Assembly (NCBI GenBank): GCA_951406725.2
Contig: OX597821.1
Location: 4,402,001-4,466,000 of the forward strand
Direction of reading: 5' to 3'
Length of the DNA: 64,000 nucleotides
Source: Octopus vulgaris
Lineage: Eukaryota
Made by a program: the position numbers and the translations under genes. The notes beneath the pieces are model-generated. The model did not search any database and was not told where the DNA came from. It was given only the letters and a program-made list of their open reading frames with translations. Below, piece by piece: positions 27,639-41,462 of the stretch. Each line of letters begins with the position of its first letter. The first letter of the stretch is position 1.

Positions 27639-27840
27639 CGTTTGTGTGTGTGTGTGCGTGTATATGTTTGCGTGTCTGTGTTTGTCCCCCCCACATCGTT
27701 TGACAACCGATGCTGGTCTGTTTACGTCCCCGTAACTTAGCGGTTCGGCAAAAGAGACCGATAGAATAAGTCCTGGGGTCGATTTGCTCGACTAAAGGCT
27801 GTGCTCCAGCATGGCCACTGTCAAATGACTCAAAGAAGTA
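27408..27840 (+). mobile_element. tRNA-derived SINE, family A
   Basis: gcgtaggagtagctgtatggtaag...gagttcggtccc head, ccttggccaagtgcctt, internal (TA)/(TG) tract, tail gtgctccagcatggccactgtcaaatgact. Confidence 0.9.
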
Positions 27841-29121
27841 ACAGTAACAGTAATATTGGTTCAAGCAATGAGAGAAAAAGTTAACGAAATTACTGATTTC
27901 ATTGCTGAAGAAGAAAAATCCAACGCACTCCTCCCTAACTCGGTACCAGACAACGGCAGCTTTTAGAAGAGGAAAGTAGTTCATATTCACGAAGAGAGTT
28001 TGCAACTTCCGGAGTGTTGGCTTGTTGGTAACATTCAGAAATTTTGGCCTGGTAACAACTTTCGTTATTATCAAAAGAAATAGGTGGATTTTCGTTGTCA
28101 GACTAAGTGTTTAATTCCATACTATATGTAATTGGTTAGATGAAGCAAAGTTAGGTCCTGTTTCATGCAGCTTGATGTAATAGAAACGTATATCAGCAGT
28201 TTGGTTTTATAATAAGCCAAGTTGGGGAAATTGGGGAAATACAATTGTATCATCAGTTCATAACAACCAGTATATTAGTTCATGATTTAACTGTAAAATC
28301 TCCAAAAGACCACAAGCAATATGTATTATATACACCATTCAATTCTCTGCCCACCCTTCGATTTCGCATGTGTGATTTACAACAGATGTTAACCTCGTCT
28401 GAGAATATTGTAGGCAAGGCCGGACAATTAAAAATTGCAAAGAAGACGGTGCAAGACAATCATTGTGAATGAAAAGCAATTATGTGTCCTTATTGTTTCA
28501 GTAAGGGCATATAATTCGGCGGGACATTTAATACCAGTCCTTTTCATCGAAAGATACTAACTGGAAGGGGTGACTTCCTTAAATACAAGGAAAAACCCGA
28601 GGCACTTGTAAGAAACTCCATAAAATTTGACTTGACGATCAGCCCTTTAACAATCAAAACGGCTTATGTTATTCCCTGTGGAAAACATTCTTCTCTGTGG
28701 GGTCCAAATTTGCAATATGACAAATAACGTTTACGATTGCTTACATAGTACGTGCAGCAAAGACATTGGACGAATCAGAATATTTAAAATTATGAATACA
28801 AGACAAAAGAAAAATTTTAGCAAAATATCCTCCTCATCTCTCCTATTGTTGCTTAACGCAGGCGAGGTCGTCCGTGATATTGGTTACTTGCAAAATACAA
28901 GACTAAATCGGATGTTACATCTTGGAGATTTTCGCACTGGAAAAAGAGGAAGAACGGCAAACTGGAGAATAGACGAATTCTTATATTAAGTAATACCAAC
29001 CTAGAGACACACGTATACACATACTTAAATGCAAATACACACACACAAAACATGTTTATATACACATACACACAATAAATTCACATAGATATATACATTT
29101 GCATATGATGCATACATTTCA

Positions 29122-29162
<41 letters not shown>

Positions 29163-29188
29163 GATGGATGGATGGATGGATGAATGGA

Positions 29189-29236
<48 letters not shown>

Positions 29237-29934
29237 TACACAGTCACTCACACACAGACACATGCAGGCACACATTCACACAAAGCTATTACCTATCACT
29301 TCTATTCAGAATGAAATGCAGCACCTTGTGTATTGAGTTGTTTGTGGTGGAATGATGTTTAAAAGAATTGGGTCGGAATACATAAACATATTTTAGCGAA
29401 TATTGCACGCGTGTGTTCATTCGTTATTGACCAAATATATAACGCAGATAATAGCATTTATTCCCTTGAGTTGCAACTCATAAATTGCCGTAGTTTTAAT
29501 GGGCCTTGTTAGACATCAGTTGTTTTATGTTCGGATCTAGTCATAAAATACTCAATCAGTGCGCTAGTTTACTTCGTATATTACCTTGTGTTGGTAGACT
29601 TGGTAGTTGGAAATTCTCTGCATCTCTGTCTCACTCTTTGAATCCGTTTCTGTATTTCTCTGTCATCTTTTCTTCTTTTCATTTTGGAGTATCTATTACA
29701 AAATAGGTTTTATATATTTAAGACTGTATTCTCTTAAATATAATATCTATATATATACACCTATGAAGCCATATATGTGTGCGCTTGCTGGCCGCGCCTG
29801 CTTGTTTGTGCAGGGCTGTTGTGCGTGTATAGCATAAAGGTTATTGCATTCGTGTGAGCAAGTGTATAAATGTGTACCTAATCTGATAAGTGTATCTATC
29901 TAACTATTTATCTATGTATCTATCTATCTATCTG

Positions 29935-30049
<115 letters not shown>

Positions 30050-30317
30050 GAAGACAAGGCATATGTAATGGTCGTTATAGATTTGTCTTCATTGAAGTAA
30101 ATTTGACTTACGACTGTTTCCAGCTATCATTAGAGTTTCGTTATTGAGAAGTTTACTCAAGCGTCCCATTCATCTCTCAAGAAAAATGTATATATATATA
30201 TATATACATATACTTACAAATCTATATTCGTATATATATGCACAAAATGAATGTATGTATACATGTATGAATGTATGTATGTATGCGTGTATGTACTTGC
30301 CTATATATATATATATA

Positions 30318-30348
<31 letters not shown>

Positions 30349-31157
30349 GCATGAGTGTATATATGTGCATACATATATATGTGTGTGTGTGTGTGTGTGT
30401 ATACACACTCGGCGTACGTATATTTTGGGTCACGTGTATGTAAATATATATATATATCTATCTAAATCCTGTACGACCCTCTTACCCTTTCTATCAGCCT
30501 CCTTCACGCTTTCTTCGTTCTTTTAACTTTTCTTTCTTTCTCTCTCTCTCTCTCTCTCTCTCGCACATTCCTTGGCCTTCCCTTCGTTCTCGGTTTCCCT
30601 CTTCTTTTACCTCACTCTATTTCCTTTCCTTTCTTTTTCTCTCTTTCTCGTCTCTCACTAATTCTTCAATCCCTCTGCCCCTACCTCTCTCCTCTCCTTC
30701 AACGTGACCTGTGTTCCACCAAGTCTGACCTTTCGTTCTTGGTTTGACTACCATCTGTCTAGCATCTTTTGCATTCCTTCCCATTATTTCCATCTATTAA
30801 GTCTTCACTTCCACACACGCCAGCTTGATTTAATTCGTCCTTAGTCGAAAGAAACCTGTTGTTAATGTCCTGTTGTTTCTGTTTGTAATTGCGTACCATT
30901 TCTTCCTTCTTTTCGAATAATTTCGCTTACTTTCTTCCAAGGAATCAAGTGGTCTTAGCTTAGATATTATTGGGGCCGGCCACATTGCAGCTCTCTCGAG
31001 AGTAATCGGTCCAAACTGCTAAGATAAACTGGGACTCGGCTGAGGATAGGAAGCTCCGAATGTCCCGTTCTTCTACTTTCCCAGCCTTTTTTGTATCGTC
31101 TAACTGTCCGGATGTTTTGTTGTTGCCTGCTATGTTCTTGTTCCATCTATGTAAGTA

Positions 31158-31285
31158 CGTACGTATGTATGTATGTATGTATGTGTGTATGTATGTATGT
31201 ATGTATGTATGTATGTATGTATGTATGTATGTATGTATGTATGTATGTATGTATGTATGTATGTATGTATGTATGTATGCATGTA
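31158..31285. repeat. (TATG)n microsatellite
   Basis: Directly visible run. Confidence 0.95.
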
Positions 31286-31294
31286 TTTGTAGTG

Positions 31295-31398
31295 AGAATT
31301 TACAAAAAAAAATAAGAAGACGGGCGTGACAACAAAAAACCTGTATTAGTTTAACGGTCGGGAACTGAGAAAATCTTTTACGTTTCAAGCCTACGCTC
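31295..31398 (-). mobile_element. Fragment of the same Penelope-like terminal-repeat family as 14538-14675
   Basis: tgtattagtttaacggtcgggaa...tcttttacgtttcaagcctacgctc matches tgtattagtatggcgctcaggaa...tcttttacgtttcgaggctacgctc. Confidence 0.6.
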
Positions 31399-31503
31399 GT
31401 ACAGTTAGAATACTTGGTAGAGGTTCCTTTTCCATGGGTTCACAAATGAGATTTGAGCGCAGCAAAAGAAGCGAATGGTGTATCAAACAGACACAGATAT
31501 ACA

Positions 31504-31559
<56 letters not shown>

Positions 31560-31569
31560 CTTATATATG

Positions 31570-32095
31570 TATGGCTTGCCGTTTCCCCAATCGTTCTGTC
31601 ACATCATGGTGTTTGGAGTGGTCACTAGTGATGGCGACATTATTCCAGCATTCATCTTTCCACACAGCCTGAGATTCAACACGGGTGCCTGGAAGACCCT
31701 ATGTCTGGCAGCAGGAATGTGCACCATTCCACACAAGCATAACCCAGTCATGACTGTCAGACAATTTCTGTGTACACATCACCCCTGGCATCAGGCCGCT
31801 TAACTCCCTAGTCTGTAACCATCTTGATTATTATGTGTGGATTGCAGTTGAGCGAGAGACTAACAAGGATTGTGGCAACATTCACCATCTTAAACAAGGA
31901 GACCGTCGAGAGGACCTGTAGGAGATTCGGAAGTTGTGTGGAGTCCGTGATTGAAGCCAATGACGATTTTATTGGATACATTTACTCTTTAGTATTTCAA
32001 TATATTTTCACGTAAGTTTGGTAAATATATCAAAATGAGATGTTAGTGCTATTTACATTTTTGCATAAATTAGACAATTTATTCACCACATCCTG
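31570..32095 (+). mobile_element. Tc1/mariner-superfamily transposase relic (possibly DD37D/maT-like)
   Basis: HIMVFGVVTSDGDIIPAFIFPH, YVWQQECAPFHTS, CNHLDYYVW, CRRFGSCVESVIEANDDFI; ends ...catcctg|ta. Subfamily name is from memory. Confidence 0.8.
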
Positions 32096-32249
32096 TATAT
32101 TTACTGTATTTTAGCATTAATGCAAATTGATCCCGATATTCGCTCAGAGCTGAACTGCCAAGAATTTGCACATTACTGAGGAGAGAGCAAGCCGGGTGGA
32201 CAGGCAACTATGTTCGAATGCATGACACACGAGCTTTGAAGGATTGGCT

Positions 32250-32480
32250 TCAACCACGGATTCCAGACGACTTCGGAATCTTTTGCAACTGTTTTTCGAC
32301 GGTCTCCTTATTTAAGACGGCGAATGCTGCCAAACTTCTTGCCTTCAGTTCATCTTTGGTGTTACAAGGAGTTTTGATGGTCTCTGGCCCAACTGCGCCA
32401 CACATATAATAATAAATGGGGTTGCAGCCTTGGGAGTTATGTGGCCAGATGTCAGGGGTGATATATTCGGTAATAAACCT
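32250..32480 (-). mobile_element. Second relic of the same transposase family, opposite strand
   Basis: ITPDIWPHNSQGCNPIYYYMCGAVGPETIKTPCNTKDELKAR...LNKETVEK in ORF 32250-32534. Confidence 0.8.
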
Positions 32481-33084
32481 TCGAAAACAAATAAAAGCGA
32501 ATTTTTGTCTGTGAGTTTGAGGCGCTCGAAACACGGAAACAAAAATGACATACTATTAGAGACGGCGTTCAGCAAAAAATTTAAACTCTGAACATACCTC
32601 ATCTCTAAAAGTCACTGCCCAAGCGAAAAGCAAATCAAAAGTGAACGGTTCGCAGATAACGACTATGTGTGCTGGGTACATTACGTCGTTAATGGGGTTT
32701 CGAATGCGGAGGTATTGTGTTCTTCATCAATGAACTTGATGTAAAATTCATGCACTCTACCTGCATTGAATAATTACAAAGTGTTAGGTGATCTTTCTTT
32801 TCAGCTTTGACATCCCTGATAACCCGCTGGATTACATCTCAAGTGCCGAGAGTATGTGTATATCTACTCACAATTACAAAGGAAAATTTAGAAAAACACC
32901 TGGAATGCGTCAGACAAGCTATAAGATCGTACGCGCTTACAGTTGACGTCGTCTGTACTAAAGTGCTTCATGTATGTTTGTATGCATCCAGTAGTATACA
33001 TGTACTGTCAAAATTGTCGTATACTCATAACAGAAATTAGCTGAGAATAACATTAAAATGTTGCATCTTTATAACATACATTGC

Positions 33085-33512
33085 ATATAGACTCAAAAGC
33101 TAAAAAGATTACTTCTCAAACAAATGGTACCTGATTTCAGTCCCATTGCATGATACCATAGGTAAGTAGCTTCTATTTTAGCCTCCGATTAACCAAATCC
33201 TCGTGAGTGGATTTGGTAGGGAGAAACTGAAGTCAGTCATGTGTGTACGTGTGTGTGTGTGTGTGTAACCACCGCTTAACATAAGGTGTTGGTGTGTTGG
33301 CGTATTAACGTCCTAGTAACAGTACTGGTTCGGCAAAAAGGATTTGAAGGAATAAATACCAGACTTTTAAATATGTAGTACTTAGTTCGATCCTTTCGGT
33401 TAGAAATTCCTCATTGGGGTGTCCCAGACAAGTAACTGACAAAATTCCTCATTGGGGTGTCGCAGACAAATAACTGAAACAAGTAAAAGATAAAAGAAAA
33501 AAAGATAAAAGA
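33085..33512 (+). mobile_element. SINE family A, old copy with a 38-bp tandem duplication in the tail
   Basis: gtgagtggatttggtag...aaactgaag and ggttcggcaaaa motifs; aaattcctcattggggtgtc(c/g)cagacaa occurs twice; ends gaaacaagtaaaagataaaag. Confidence 0.7.
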
Positions 33513-33962
33513 TTGTATCCACATTATGTATCATGTAATATCATGTTATGATATATTACTTAAAGTAGAACAATATATTTCCTTTATTTGATGGTTGTAG
33601 TTTTCTCCTGCACCGTCAAATACGAAAGATATTCTCGCAGTAAAAGCGATTATATTTAGGGATGCAGAAATATCTTGGGAGTTTACGGGTCAATGTGTAG
33701 TTAACTAGGTTCATATGTAAATGTCTGCGCTGAAAAATAGCTTGGACATTTTCACCGATAAAAGAAGGTGGAGCCGATTGCTCTTGTGTTAGTATGAGTA
33801 ACAATATGGGGACGAATCGTCTTTTTTCATGGAATTGTGTTAAGAAATTGATGCAAACAATAATTGGAAATAAACGATTTTGCAAAACAGAAAATGTACG
33901 TGTGTGTGTTTGTCTGTCTGTGTCTGTGTCTGTTGTGTGTATCTGGATGCGCGTATATACAT

Positions 33963-33993
<31 letters not shown>

Positions 33994-34377
33994 ATATAAG
34001 ATAGAGATGTCTGTGTATTCACTTTTCAATCGAAAACGGTTTCACTGATTACATCCATACTTATCATGCATGAATAATTTGACCTCAGGCATATGTTAGG
34101 CTCTTCATATCTCCATATCTCTATCTGTATATCTACCTCTCTCTCTGTATGTATCTGTCTGTATCTTATCTACCTATATCTACCTGTCTAGATCTATATT
34201 ACTTCTTTGTTTAACTAGCTCTCTCTCTCTCTGTCTCTCTCTCTGTCTCTCTCTCTCTAACTCACTCACTCACTCTCAATCCTTTCTTCATTTTTCAGTC
34301 ACCATTGTTTCACTTTAAGTTCGGTCCCTATTACTTTCACTGTAAGTTTTCAATCGCTATTTACAAGCAATAACGTC

Positions 34378-34630
34378 AAATTACTGACAGAAAGAAGTTC
34401 ATAATTACTGATGAAAGTAATTTCATAATTTATTGACATGAGTAATTTCATAAATTTCACTTCAATCTGTACACTTCGTTAAATTTGCCCATAATTAAAC
34501 GCTTTTGTGTTTAACTTTTCCTATTTTTGTTTTGTTTGGACGGAATTACTGATAAAAGTAAGTTCATAATTTACTGACAGAAGTAACTTCAAAAATTTCA
34601 CTTAAATTTCTACACTTAGTTAATTTCACT
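34378..34630. repeat. Degenerate ~22-bp minisatellite in two blocks
   Basis: aattactgac/t..aagtaa(t/g)ttcat-type unit three times near 34379-34455 and twice near 34544-34600, each block followed by aaatttcactt. Confidence 0.7.
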
Positions 34631-34902
34631 ACAAATTTCGTATTATATTTGGCAACCTACGAAATATCAGATAAGTAATTCTGTTGCGAGGGAGCTGTGT
34701 GTCACAGGGTTCTTCATTCTAACCCATTGGTTAGATATTTGGTGTGAGATAAGGTTGGCTATTTAAATTAGTTGTACTTCATTTGGCAGGGTTCCACAGT
34801 TTCTATTTAGCCAATTTTACTCCCAATGTTTTGGCCACCTGACAGATTAACTACTAAGTCACTCACAGACGTCCTCCATCCTCTGATGCCCAGAGATGCT
34901 TT

Positions 34903-34936
<34 letters not shown>

Positions 34937-36524
34937 ATTTCTACTACTACAATATGGTTTCTGTTCTTTGCAGCTAGCTGGGCTCTTCTCACCTCCTCTA
35001 AAATGTTCCCATCGCACTCGCCTCTTCTCTTCTTATCATCCACCCCACCGACTCGTGCGATATCTATTGTAATAAGTGCAAACCTTTAGGAGCTTCTATA
35101 TCATTTTCAAAATGCTTTTTTTGTTTTTTTTGTTTCTTTGCTTGTTTTTGCTGTTTCCGCAGATTCCAATGATTCTCTGTCACCATCCAGTTTAATTTTA
35201 ATGAATTTGAATTGGGAGATTGAGTTAGTGTGAATCTTTCATTAGCTGATTATACAACCATAGACGCTTCCTGTATCGATGTGTCGCAGTTACTCTCTGG
35301 ATTGGGATTGGTGATCCTGACCGTTAATCCTCTAGGATTTAATGTGAGAAGCACCGTTGGCTCAAATGAGTTTACCACTAATTCTTCACAATCCTCCATG
35401 CTGCAGCCCCATGACTTCACATGCCACTGGAACGGTGGCTGTAAGGGTATTATGCCTTACCAAAGGACAAACCGTCATCACTACGCGAGTCATCACTATG
35501 TGAGTTATTCTCAAAATATCTTCATACGCGGATCTTCAACGTTAAGTGCAGTTATTTTAAGTGTCTAAAGAAACTGAAGGGTCTAAGGATACCTCCATGA
35601 AGGACATCCGCTAAAGTCCCATCCGCGCTCAGCAGAGCATGATTACAATAATATGGATTCGTTGAACGGGGATGATTGCCCCCTAGGGAAACTGTACAAT
35701 GTTTGATTGAGGGCTACCAAACAAAGAGTGAATACAGACAGGAGATTCACGAACACCTATGATCCAGGAAAACCCTGTCGATTGAATGCGCAATTTCCAC
35801 CAGAGAAAATTCAGGAGATGACACCTGAGATCAAATAGAGATACAGTAAGAACTATTAGAAAAACAAAATAGAAATTATTCAAATAAGCTTTCAGGTATA
35901 GCTACAAGAGCTGAGTCTGCCTATTCCGGATTGTTTTAGTCAAACAGCAACCATCATTCGACTTGAATAAAGTCTTCTATTCGTCTTCGTTTTGAAGACA
36001 GAATACAAACCAGGATGTTGACGATGATGAGTACGATGACGATGATGATGATTATGATGATTATGATAATAAGGATGATGATGATAGTAAACATCAAGCG
36101 TGTGTGGGGGCGGGTGTACGTGGATGGGTGGCTTGTATGTGGTGTGAGTATATTTGCGTATATACACGCCTGCGTAACCCCGAATCTGTTTACGAGTATT
36201 ATAGAAATCCATTAATAATTTAACGTATAAAATTTTGGAAGTAAATAGACGGGCACAATCGCGCGCACGCGCACCTATATTTATACACACAAACATTATT
36301 CACCGCCCAAACAACGAGAAGGAAACATATATAGATGTATGCCCCTTCACACAAAAAATACGCTATAGATAAACACACACACACACAAACACACGCACAT
36401 AGACACACATATATATAGATGTATACGTATATATATATATATGTTTGTAGCTCTGTGTGTGTGGAAACATATGCACATATATATATATATATACATACAT
36501 ACATGCATACATACTTACATACAT

Positions 36525-36603
<79 letters not shown>

Positions 36604-36706
36604 AACACACACACAAACATACCCACAAACAGTGAGAGAGGATAGAGAAATGAGAGAAATAAAAGGGAGACGATATTTATCAACTTTGAAATATATTTAG
36701 AAATGT

Positions 36707-36752
<46 letters not shown>

Positions 36753-37203
36753 GCATACATACATACATACGTACGTACACACATACATACATACGTACGT
36801 ACACACATACATATGAGTGTGTGAGTGTGTCTTACTCTGTTATGTTACACATGAACACAGACACATAAATATCAGTTTATACCCCAACACGTATAACATA
36901 CAACATATACGCATAATGCATATTTCTGTAAGTGTTTATGTGAACAGACTTTGTGTTCTATCGTTTTGTCTGTTGTTTTTAATTCAAAGTCAACAAAACT
37001 CGACATACAAATCTATTTAAAACGCTTCTTTGCATTCTGTTCATGTGTGGTCATCCATAACACCACACCACAGCAAACTTTCGTGTCCGTCTCCCTCTTT
37101 CCCCTCTCTCCTTTTCTATCTCTCTTTTACCATCCACTAAATATAGGCATATATATATATGTATATATATCCATATATATATACATATATATATGTATGT
37201 CTG

Positions 37204-37290
<87 letters not shown>

Positions 37291-37301
37291 GTACACACAC
37301 A

Positions 37302-37349
<48 letters not shown>

Positions 37350-37557
37350 TATATTCAAATATACAATTATGCATATAAATATAGATATACATATATGCAT
37401 GTATATATGGATATATACATATACACAACTATAGACATCTATAATTATACGTACACCAATATATATACATATATATGTGATTGTAATTCGTCTATATATA
37501 TATGAATATATGTATGTATATGAATATATATATGTATATATATGCACAAAGCGACAT

Positions 37558-37590
<33 letters not shown>

Positions 37591-38032
37591 CACACTTCCC
37601 GGCAGAACTGAACAGATAAGCTGATGGGAATGTTGCCAACTAACATCAGCCGACTATTTATAGTCATCGTGTTCTTCCTTATATTATTTGATAGTTGACC
37701 TTCCTTCCTTCCACAGAGTTTTCTCTCTTGAACTCTATTCGATACGACAGCTATCAATCAATGCGTTTATTTAATAATGTAATTTTTCAAGTCCACTTCT
37801 CTGCCTTAATGGTAGCGAAATCTTTTGTTTTGGAGACATCATTAGGACTTGTTACAGCAGATTAAGGAAGGAAAATAAGGAAAAAAAAAGGATGAGAGGA
37901 TGCGAGGAAGCGCGGCGAGACGGGTAAGAGATGAGTTGAAATTATGAATGTGTAGATAGAATGGGAAGCGAAATTGCGGGGAGCTGGGAGGGGATAATTT
38001 CAGAGATTTCTCGTCATTGCGCTGGATTTTTA

Positions 38033-38060
38033 GTCATCATCATCATCATCATTATTATTA

Positions 38061-38104
<44 letters not shown>

Positions 38105-38123
38105 GTTATTATTATTATTATTA

Positions 38124-38176
<53 letters not shown>

Positions 38177-38210
38177 TTTATTAATATTGTTGTTGTTATT
38201 ATTATTATTA

Positions 38211-38259
<49 letters not shown>

Positions 38260-38267
38260 CATCATCA
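38033..38267. repeat. (ATT)n/(ATC)n/(GTT)n trinucleotide microsatellite
   Basis: Directly visible run. Confidence 0.95.
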
Positions 38268-38551
38268 ATATCGATAATGTTATCATTACTATGATTACAA
38301 CTTCAGTGGTCGAGTTCACTCAGTGTTGTCCTGTTCTCTATTATTAGTCTGAGATCGATTAGAAATACAGCCATAAATATCGAAATGGTATCGTTCTTGA
38401 AACGCATCTCTAGTTCATGTGATGGTTTTGCGTTTGTTAAAGTGCGTTCTTGGATAGTCTCAGTAATAACATTGTTCTCAGCATTCGATATTTTCATGAG
38501 GATTCCCTAAATAGTGCGATAAAATAACATGAGTTGCTCAAACGTTCATTT

Positions 38552-38590
<39 letters not shown>

Positions 38591-38608
38591 TGTATGTATG
38601 TATGTAGT

Positions 38609-38917
38609 AGGGGTGCAATGTACCAGTGGTTAGGGCAGCGGACTCGCGGTCGAAGGATCGCGGTTTCGATTCCCAGACCTGACGTGCTGAATGTTTATTG
38701 AGCGAAAATACCTAAAGCTCCACGAGGCTCCGGTAGGGGGTGGTGGCGATATCACTGTTGTACCCTTTCGCCACAACTTTCTCTCACTGTTTCTTCCGTT
38801 GGCCTTCTCGCTTAGCCAGCCTGGTGGCCTCATTTGAAGGCAAAAACAACACGGAGCGCATTGTGACCAGCGATGTGTAGCAACATCTGATAGCTTGGTC
38901 GGTCACGTGATCACGTG
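38609..38917 (+). mobile_element. tRNA-derived SINE, family C (tail type 1)
   Basis: Head tgtaccagtggttagggcagcggactcgcggtcg...ggtttcgattccc (A/B boxes); body matches the 60246-60560 copy up to ctcactgtttcttcc. Confidence 0.88.
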
Positions 38918-38936
38918 GCACACACACACACACACA

Positions 38937-38974
<38 letters not shown>

Positions 38975-39185
38975 TATATATATGTATATATATATATAGA
39001 TATATATATACTTATATATATAATATATTATATACGTGTATGTGTGTGTGTGTGTTCATGCACACGCATACTTGCTCTCACAACCAGGAACCTGAATGAT
39101 TATCCGACAATAAATGGCTGGTTATACTATTTTAATATCAATGGAATGCAACTTATAGTAGCTGGCATTAATATCCCGTGATTAT

Positions 39186-39394
39186 TAGTTTCACATTTGG
39201 GTACAGGTCCAGCAATTTCCAGGGAGGGATTAAAACTATTGCATCGGCCCCCACTACTCGACATGCATATATTTTTCCGACTGGAAAAAAGATGAAGAGC
39301 AAAATCGACTTCGGTGGAATTTGAGCTCGGAACTCAAAGAAATACCGCGAAAACTATTTTCTGCCGTGTTTACGATTCTGCCAGTTCGCCTCCT
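39186..39394 (-). mobile_element. Old SINE B-related copy with an alternative tail
   Basis: gattctgccagttcgcc head and gatgaagagcaaaatcgacttcggtggaatttgagctc body; similar relics at ~18720-18790, ~48850-49020, ~51075-51410, ~55495-55570. Confidence 0.65.
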
Positions 39395-39857
39395 CAAATC
39401 CTATGCATTTTAAATGAAATTTTTCTCTCGTTCCATGAAACACGTTGTATGGACCCCATAAATAACGGAACACTAGTGACAGAGGCTGGACGTGTACCTC
39501 GCTGCTCTGACCCATCAGCAGCTAACCCAGCAGGACAACTGAAAAAACAACTGTAAAAAACTGGAAGATCTACTGTTTTGTGTGAGTAATTTGAATTTCC
39601 CTCAAAATAAGTTAAGGAACTTACATATCTACAGATTTGGACATACAAACGAACATCTAACAAAAAATTTAGAAACATATATATCTCCAATTTTGTACGA
39701 ACATTTTGTCGTCCCTTCTTCCTTGACTATCAGAATATGTAAAAATACCTTTTATTGTAACAACACTATTAAATGCACGATAAAAAATTATGGAAGTAAG
39801 CACCTGCTAATATATACAAACTTCACTGAAAATATATATATATATATATATATATAT

Positions 39858-40093
39858 TTACGAAGTCTAGACAATTATCTTCAGCTAGCAGGCCTTCCTA
39901 CTCTAGACTGATGCTGAGCAAGACCCAGAAACATGCATATCTCTAGATACAGGCCTAGCTGTTGGGGGTGTTTGTCTCCCCTTCCTAAATATATAAGGAC
40001 ACAGGAAATCTGTCAAGGCCGACAGGAGGTGTCGATGCTTCCTAGGGCTAAACAGCGGTGATGTAACTCCCTTTACGGGACTGTCACGTTAAG
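39858..40093 (+). mobile_element. TA-embedded short element with hammerhead-like scaffold (Penelope-like terminal repeat?)
   Basis: Flanked by (TA)n; 39902-39947 reads tctaga-ctgatgc-tgagcaagaccca-gaaa-catgcata-tc-tctaga. Confidence 0.6.
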
Positions 40094-40110
40094 TTGACAG
40101 TATACAACCA

Positions 40111-40166
<56 letters not shown>

Positions 40167-40512
40167 TACATAGTGCACAACTACAAAAACTGTAAACCAC
40201 AGCAAAACTTTTAAAAATAAAAGAAAAATTCCAGAAGAAAAAGAAATTCAGAAATCCAACAAGGTGAACCTGCTCTTCCTCCTACTGTTCCCAAAGACTG
40301 GAATATTTACAATTCCCTGTAAATATTTTAAATCTCCCTCAAAATAAAATAAGTTAGGAAACTTACATACCTACAGCTATCGAACACACAAACGGTCAGC
40401 TTAAAATACAAAAAAAATAAAATATCTTTAATATCTACAGCTAATGTGCGTTGCGAAAGTCTTATTGTATTCTCCAAATAGACAGACAAACGAACATCTG
40501 AAGAATACTTAA

Positions 40513-40731
40513 CCCTTTAGTATTTAAACCGGCCATATCCGGCCAAAATATTTAATCTGTTTTATGTTCAAACTGACCAGATCCAGGCTCTCACACCTAC
40601 CCTACAATGTTATTCTACATTAAGTAATTACACCATCAAGATCTTGAAGATATGGGATAATGCATGATTAATTAAAATCAATGGGAATCAATAGGCATTA
40701 TGTTTGATAGAATAATATGAACACTAAAGGG
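40513..40731. mobile_element. piggyBac-type MITE
   Basis: TTAA at 40509-40512 and 40732-40735; TIRs ccctttagt / actaaaggg. Confidence 0.88.
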
Positions 40732-41094
40732 TTAAACACTTTAATATATTAGCCAAATACGTAAACGCAACTTTTACAACTTTTATTGCAACAACACAAT
40801 TGAATTCAGAAATTTACAAAATCATCGACGTGAATATCAGATAATATGTGTGTGTTTGTGTATACATATTCATATGTATGTGTGTGTATATATATTATTA
40901 TTATTATTATTTTTCTACCATTAATTGCAAATATAACAAGTTGAATAGCTTTTCAAGGCAGCGCTCCCAGTATCAACTGGTAGTAGTAAACAAGTTTTGA
41001 CCTCTCTTGACCCAAAGGGTCTCTTGTCCTTTGTCTCTATGGCTGACCTCGCCACCATCTGCTGAATCTATTTATAGATTACCTCTTGCTAACC

Positions 41095-41462
41095 AACTAC
41101 TACTAGTACTACTACTAATACAGCTGCTGCTGCTGCTGTTGTTGCCGCTGCTACAACTTCTACTGCTACTACTGCTGCTTCTGTTGCTGCTACTACAGCT
41201 ACTACGACTACTACTACTACTACTGCTGCTACTACCACTGCTGCTGCTGTCACTACTGCTGCTACTATTGCTACTACTGTTGCTGCTGCTATTGCTGCTG
41301 CTGCTGCCACCGCTGCTTCTGCTACTACTACTGCTGCTGTTGCTGCTGCTACTACGTCTACCTCTGCTGTTGCTACAGCCATTACTACTGCTGTTACCGC
41401 TGCCTCTAGTATGGTTAGGTGATAGTGATATTGCTGTTGCTACTACAACAGCTGTTCTGCTA
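41095..41462. repeat. Mixed (CTA)/(CTG)/(TTG) trinucleotide low-complexity tract
   Basis: Directly visible; source of the poly-Leu and poly-Ala/Val ORFs. Confidence 0.9.

Noticed and set aside
27860-28990. Possible L1/Tx1 endonuclease relic (FGGTFNT resembling GGDFN)
   Set aside because: Only one degenerate motif; insufficient without an HMM search.
38609-38690. tRNA gene (also 48459-48530 and the family A/B heads)
   Set aside because: A/B boxes are present but acceptor stems are not, and each runs into a SINE body.
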